Assembly (NCBI GenBank): GCA_021399395.1
Contig: JAAFKJ010000128.1
Coordinates: 1 to 10,881 of the forward strand
From: Candidatus Heimdallarchaeota archaeon
GTDB lineage: Archaea; Asgardarchaeota; Heimdallarchaeia; Heimdallarchaeales; Heimdallarchaeaceae
Reading direction: 5' to 3'
Length of the DNA stretch: 10,881 nucleotides
Shown: one piece after another, positions 7,466 through 10,881 of the stretch
Numbering within the stretch: the stretch's first letter is position 1
Layout: every line of letters starts with the position of its first letter
The notes under the pieces: model-generated
Told to the model about the DNA's origin: nothing
Database searches by the model: none
What the model saw: only the letters and a program-made list of their open reading frames with translations
Program-made: the position numbers and the translations under genes

Positions 7466-7918
7466 GATAGTTTCCAAATAGTTGTGTTTTTGTCATACTA
7501 ATGTCTTGTTTATGTATTAGACTAGATAATATAATGATTTGTGTACAAGGGGTTATTAGAGAAATGAGAATCAGTCAGATCATAAAACCTCCTTGCGATC
7601 TTGGTGATATAAAACAATCACCTCTAACTCTAGTCAAAATTCTAGTTCAGAATTGTGTTTCAATGATTAAACTAGATAAAGTTCTAATTATCGAAATGTT
7701 ACCTAAAAGGCTCAAACATTTATATACCTTTTCCCCGCCAAACATTCGTATAATTAAATTAGAGAGTGAATCTATATAAATGTATGAACGGATATTAATA
7801 GGATTAAGAAGAGAGTAGAAAAAAACGAGAGACAAGACGCAGCACAGTAATTTGGAGGTTATGTGAAGACAAAGATTAGCAAGTATTCTCATTCTTTGAA
7901 GTCATCGATGGGTTTAGA

Positions 7919-10881
7919 ATGGGCAGCAAGAAAACAACGCTTATAGTATTTGGTTTGCTTATAATTCTGTTTAGTAGCAGTAGTTTTATCTCTAAGGCAG
8001 AATCTAAAACATCAGACGAAAATCAAGATTACGCTTTAAATTTAGATCTTTCAAACGTTATTTTCCAAATTGAATGGATTTATCCTCTAGAATGGTGCTC
8101 ACAAACACCAACCATAATTGACATTAACTTAGACGGTACTCAAGAAATTCTTCTACCAGGCTACTGTATAGATAGTGATGGCGAACTCATTTGGTATAAA
8201 TCAAGTTTTGCTACAGTAGCCCAATCAACTATTTGTTATGCGGATGTAGACAATGATAATTCTCTGGAAATCATCATGGGTTTACCAGGAGCGATACGCT
8301 GTATTAATCACGATGGATCATTTGAATGGAAATATGAAAGAGTAGGAGACAGTTCATTATTCAAAACTCCTTGTATTGCAGATGTTGATGGAGATTCAAA
8401 TTTTGAGATCATCAGTAGCACTGATTGGGATGGCTTGTTCTGTATCTCTCATGGTGGGAACCTGCAATGGCATCTGGAATTTGAGGAGATAGGCAAAACT
8501 GGTGAGCCAGCTGTTGCAGACATTAATGGTGATGGTACAACAGAGATAATCATCACTCATGGTAAGAAACTATTTTGCATAGACGGTCAAGGGAATATTA
8601 TTTGGGAAACAGAATTTAGCAACTACTTAACAAGTTGTTTAGGTGTTTCGAATTTTGATATTATAACAACCAATTTAGAAATGATTGTTACTACAGACAC
8701 CCATTTACATTGTGTAAATAACCTTGGAATGATTCTCTGGTCCAGTCCTATTGGTTATGGGAATTATGATAACCCAATAATTGTAGATATTGATTCTAAT
8801 GGATTTATGGACATTGTAATGTGCTCAGATACTGGAGTAGTTTACTGTTTCAGTAGTGCAGGTACATTATGGTGGGAAACAAATGTTGAGGAGACACTTC
8901 TTGGAACCCCATCTGTCATAGATTTCAATTGCGATGGATTCCTGGAGATCATTGTAGGCTCCAGAAGTAATCATATAATTGTCCTGGATTGTTTAGGAAA
9001 TATACTCATCTCATATGATATGATTATGTCAGCAAGAACCCCTTTGATGATAGCAGATCTAGATGGGAATGATAGATTTGAAATTTTAGCTGTTTGTGAA
9101 GATGATTATCTATATTGTTGGGAGCTATTTGGGATTGCCATGTCGGGAGATCAAAGGATTCTAGCTTTTAATGGTGGTGTATCTAGAACTAGAGCTTTGG
9201 ATAGCGATGGAGATTATATTGATGACACTACTGAATTAGTAATGCAGAGTGATGGAGCGAAAAGGGATACAGATGGCGATCAGATAATTGATGGAGTTGA
9301 ACTGTATAACTTTGGTACAAGTTTGACATCAAACGACACGGATAGCGATGGTATTGATGACAAAACTGAGATTTATGTGTATGAAACGAGTCCTTTTACG
9401 AACGATACAGATGAAGATCAATTGAGTGATTTTGAGGAAATTAATACATACCATACCGATCCTCTAAATTTTGATTCAGACGGAGATTCCATGCCAGATA
9501 ACTGGGAAATCTCTGTCAATTTAGATCCTAACTACTATGATAAATACGCCGATCCAGATGATGATGATCTTTACAATTATAATGAGTATTTATTGAATCT
9601 TAACCCTCTCTCAAATGATACCGATAATGACTGTATACCTGACAAATGGGAAGTAGACATGTCCTTAGATCCTTTGGTTAATGATTCCTATAATGACCCT
9701 GATGCTGATAATCTAACCAACTTAGTGGAATACACTTATCGAACCAACCCCCTTTGCAATGATACAGATGGCGATTTATTATCAGATTACGATGAAATTT
9801 ATATTTATCCAACCAATCCACGTTTGAGTGATTCGGATTTTGATGGACTTACTGATTACGAGGAGATTATTATATATGGAACGAGTCCTATCCTTGTAGA
9901 CACAGACGGGGATCTAATCTACGATTGGTGGGAAATACTTCATGGACTTAATCCATTTGAAGACGATAGCCAAGAAGACTGGGATAACGACACGCTCAAT
10001 AATTTCGAGGAGTATGTTTATGGTACTTCACCATTGAATAACGACACAGATAGCGATACCCTTCCTGATTACTATGAGGTTCTTACAGGATTAAATCCTA
10101 ATTTGAATGACACCGCTCTAGATCCCGATTATGACGGTTTAACAAATTTAGAGGAATATATCTACAACACTAACCCACTATATTTTGATAGTGACTATGA
10201 TAGACTATCTGACGGAATTGAAGTTAATTATTATGGTACAAACCCCAATAGTAAAGATAGTGATAATGATGGGATGAGTGACAGTTATGAGGTTAATTGG
10301 TATCTTAATCCTCTGGTAGATGATGCCAATTTGGATATGGAGGGAGATGGTTTAATCAACATTAGAGAGTGCGAGAGCAGAACAAATCCTTGGTCGTGGG
10401 ACACAGATTCAGACCTGATGAATGATTATTGGGAAGTAACTTATCACACTAATCCTCTTCTCCCAGACCAAGATTATGACTTAGATTGGGATGATCTTAC
10501 CAATTATGAAGAATATCTTCTTGGTACATTCCCAACAGTTTACGACTCAGACGGAGATCAACTATACGACGGCTATGAAGTTGAAAATAATCTCGATCCT
10601 CTTGTTTATGATAGCCATTTAGACTTGGATGAAGACGGGCTAAGCAATCTAGTAGAATCCTATCATGATACCAACCCTCATGAATTTGACACAGATTTTG
10701 ACGATTTGAATGATTATCTGGAAATTAATGTTTACAATACCGATCCTTTGAGAGAAGACAGTGACAATGACAATATGAACGATGGCTATGAAGTTAGAAT
10801 GGGTTTAAACCCTCTTGCCAAAGATTCTGCAGCAGACCCTGACGGAGATCATCTTACCAATATTCAAGAGATGAGAAATAA
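7919..10881 (+). CDS. Large secreted protein: signal peptide + FG-GAP/VCBS-like 8-bladed beta-propeller + bacterial TSP3-like Ca2+-binding repeats (3' truncated by window)
   Basis: Manual translation from ATG 7919 (MGSKKTTLIVFGLLIILFSSSSFISKA) shows no stop to the window end (987 full codons). An upstream in-frame TAG at 7877-7879 fixes the start. Confidence 0.92.
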   Translation, partial: MGSKKTTLIVFGLLIILFSSSSFISKAESKTSDENQDYALNLDLSNVIFQIEWIYPLEWCSQTPTIIDINLDGTQEILLPGYCIDSDGELIWYKSSFATVAQSTICYADVDNDNSLEIIMGLPGAIRCINHDGSFEWKYERVGDSSLFKTPCIADVDGDSNFEIISSTDWDGLFCISHGGNLQWHLEFEEIGKTGEPAVADINGDGTTEIIITHGKKLFCIDGQGNIIWETEFSNYLTSCLGVSNFDIITTNLEMIVTTDTHLHCVNNLGMILWSSPIGYGNYDNPIIVDIDSNGFMDIVMCSDTGVVYCFSSAGTLWWETNVEETLLGTPSVIDFNCDGFLEIIVGSRSNHIIVLDCLGNILISYDMIMSARTPLMIADLDGNDRFEILAVCEDDYLYCWELFGIAMSGDQRILAFNGGVSRTRALDSDGDYIDDTTELVMQSDGAKRDTDGDQIIDGVELYNFGTSLTSNDTDSDGIDDKTEIYVYETSPFTNDTDEDQLSDFEEINTYHTDPLNFDSDGDSMPDNWEISVNLDPNYYDKYADPDDDDLYNYNEYLLNLNPLSNDTDNDCIPDKWEVDMSLDPLVNDSYNDPDADNLTNLVEYTYRTNPLCNDTDGDLLSDYDEIYIYPTNPRLSDSDFDGLTDYEEIIIYGTSPILVDTDGDLIYDWWEILHGLNPFEDDSQEDWDNDTLNNFEEYVYGTSPLNNDTDSDTLPDYYEVLTGLNPNLNDTALDPDYDGLTNLEEYIYNTNPLYFDSDYDRLSDGIEVNYYGTNPNSKDSDNDGMSDSYEVNWYLNPLVDDANLDMEGDGLINIRECESRTNPWSWDTDSDLMNDYWEVTYHTNPLLPDQDYDLDWDDLTNYEEYLLGTFPTVYDSDGDQLYDGYEVENNLDPLVYDSHLDLDEDGLSNLVESYHDTNPHEFDTDFDDLNDYLEINVYNTDPLREDSDNDNMNDGYEVRMGLNPLAKDSAADPDGDHLTNIQEMRN
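8063..9127 (+). repeat. Eight FG-GAP/VCBS-like propeller blades (P-x-I/V-x-D-I/V-D/N-x-D-G-x-x-E-I-I ... L-x-C-I-x-x-x-G-x-x-x-W)
   Basis: Loops DINLDGTQEI, DVDNDNSLEI, DVDGDSNFEI, DINGDGTTEI, NFDIITTNLEM (degenerate), DIDSNGFMDI, DFNCDGFLEI, DLDGNDRFEI. Confidence 0.85.
9200..10881 (+). repeat. At least 24 tandem D-x-D-x-D-x-x-x-D/N-x-x-E Ca2+-binding (TSP3-like) repeats of 22, 23 or 26 aa
   Basis: Counted by hand from DSDGDYIDDTTE to DPDGDHLTNIQE. Most are followed by a T/L-N/D/S-P motif. Confidence 0.9.

Noticed and set aside
7575-7866. TGA recoding (Sec/Trp) suggested by ATG-TGA and ATG-ATC-TGA after SD sites
   Set aside because: No long gene in the window contains an in-frame TGA, and read-through gives no convincing protein.
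7501-7892. 92-aa (+) and 81-aa (-) ORFs in the intergenic region
   Set aside because: They overlap each other, lack an SD or recognisable domain, and span TATA-like elements. Likely chance ORFs, though not formally excluded.
8063-9127. True integrin alpha ortholog
   Set aside because: Eight rather than seven blades, no literal FG...GAP motifs, and no thigh/calf domains after the propeller.
9200-10881. CRISPR array or DNA tandem repeat / DGR template-variable pair
   Set aside because: The periodicity is at protein level only, with diverged codons inside an open frame. No identical DNA repeats, cas or reverse transcriptase genes are present.

Overview
AT-rich window, probably from an Asgard archaeon (Heimdall/Loki-like). 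This is inferred from gene content and archaeal-type promoter/SD motifs, with no database search. It contains seven protein genes, two of which are cut by the window edges and are missing from the supplied ORF track. In order: (1) minus-strand secreted NosD/right-handed beta-helix protein, 1..~1178, whose signal peptide has no in-frame start codon; (2) lysophospholipase/monoglyceride-lipase-like alpha/beta hydrolase; (3) DUF998-like membrane protein; (4) ArsB/NhaD/P-protein (IT superfamily) transporter with divergent motifs and a probable ATA start; (5) an immediately adjacent gene for a roadblock-like domain fused to a ~430-aa internally repeated coiled coil; (6) a second membrane-anchored NosD beta-helix protein; (7) a >987-aa secreted protein with an 8-bladed FG-GAP/VCBS-like propeller and at least 24 Ca2+-binding DxDxD repeats arranged in a strict A/B-C pattern. 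The best candidate for an undescribed system is the transporter plus roadblock-coiled-coil pair. No RNA genes, CRISPR arrays or mobile elements were seen.
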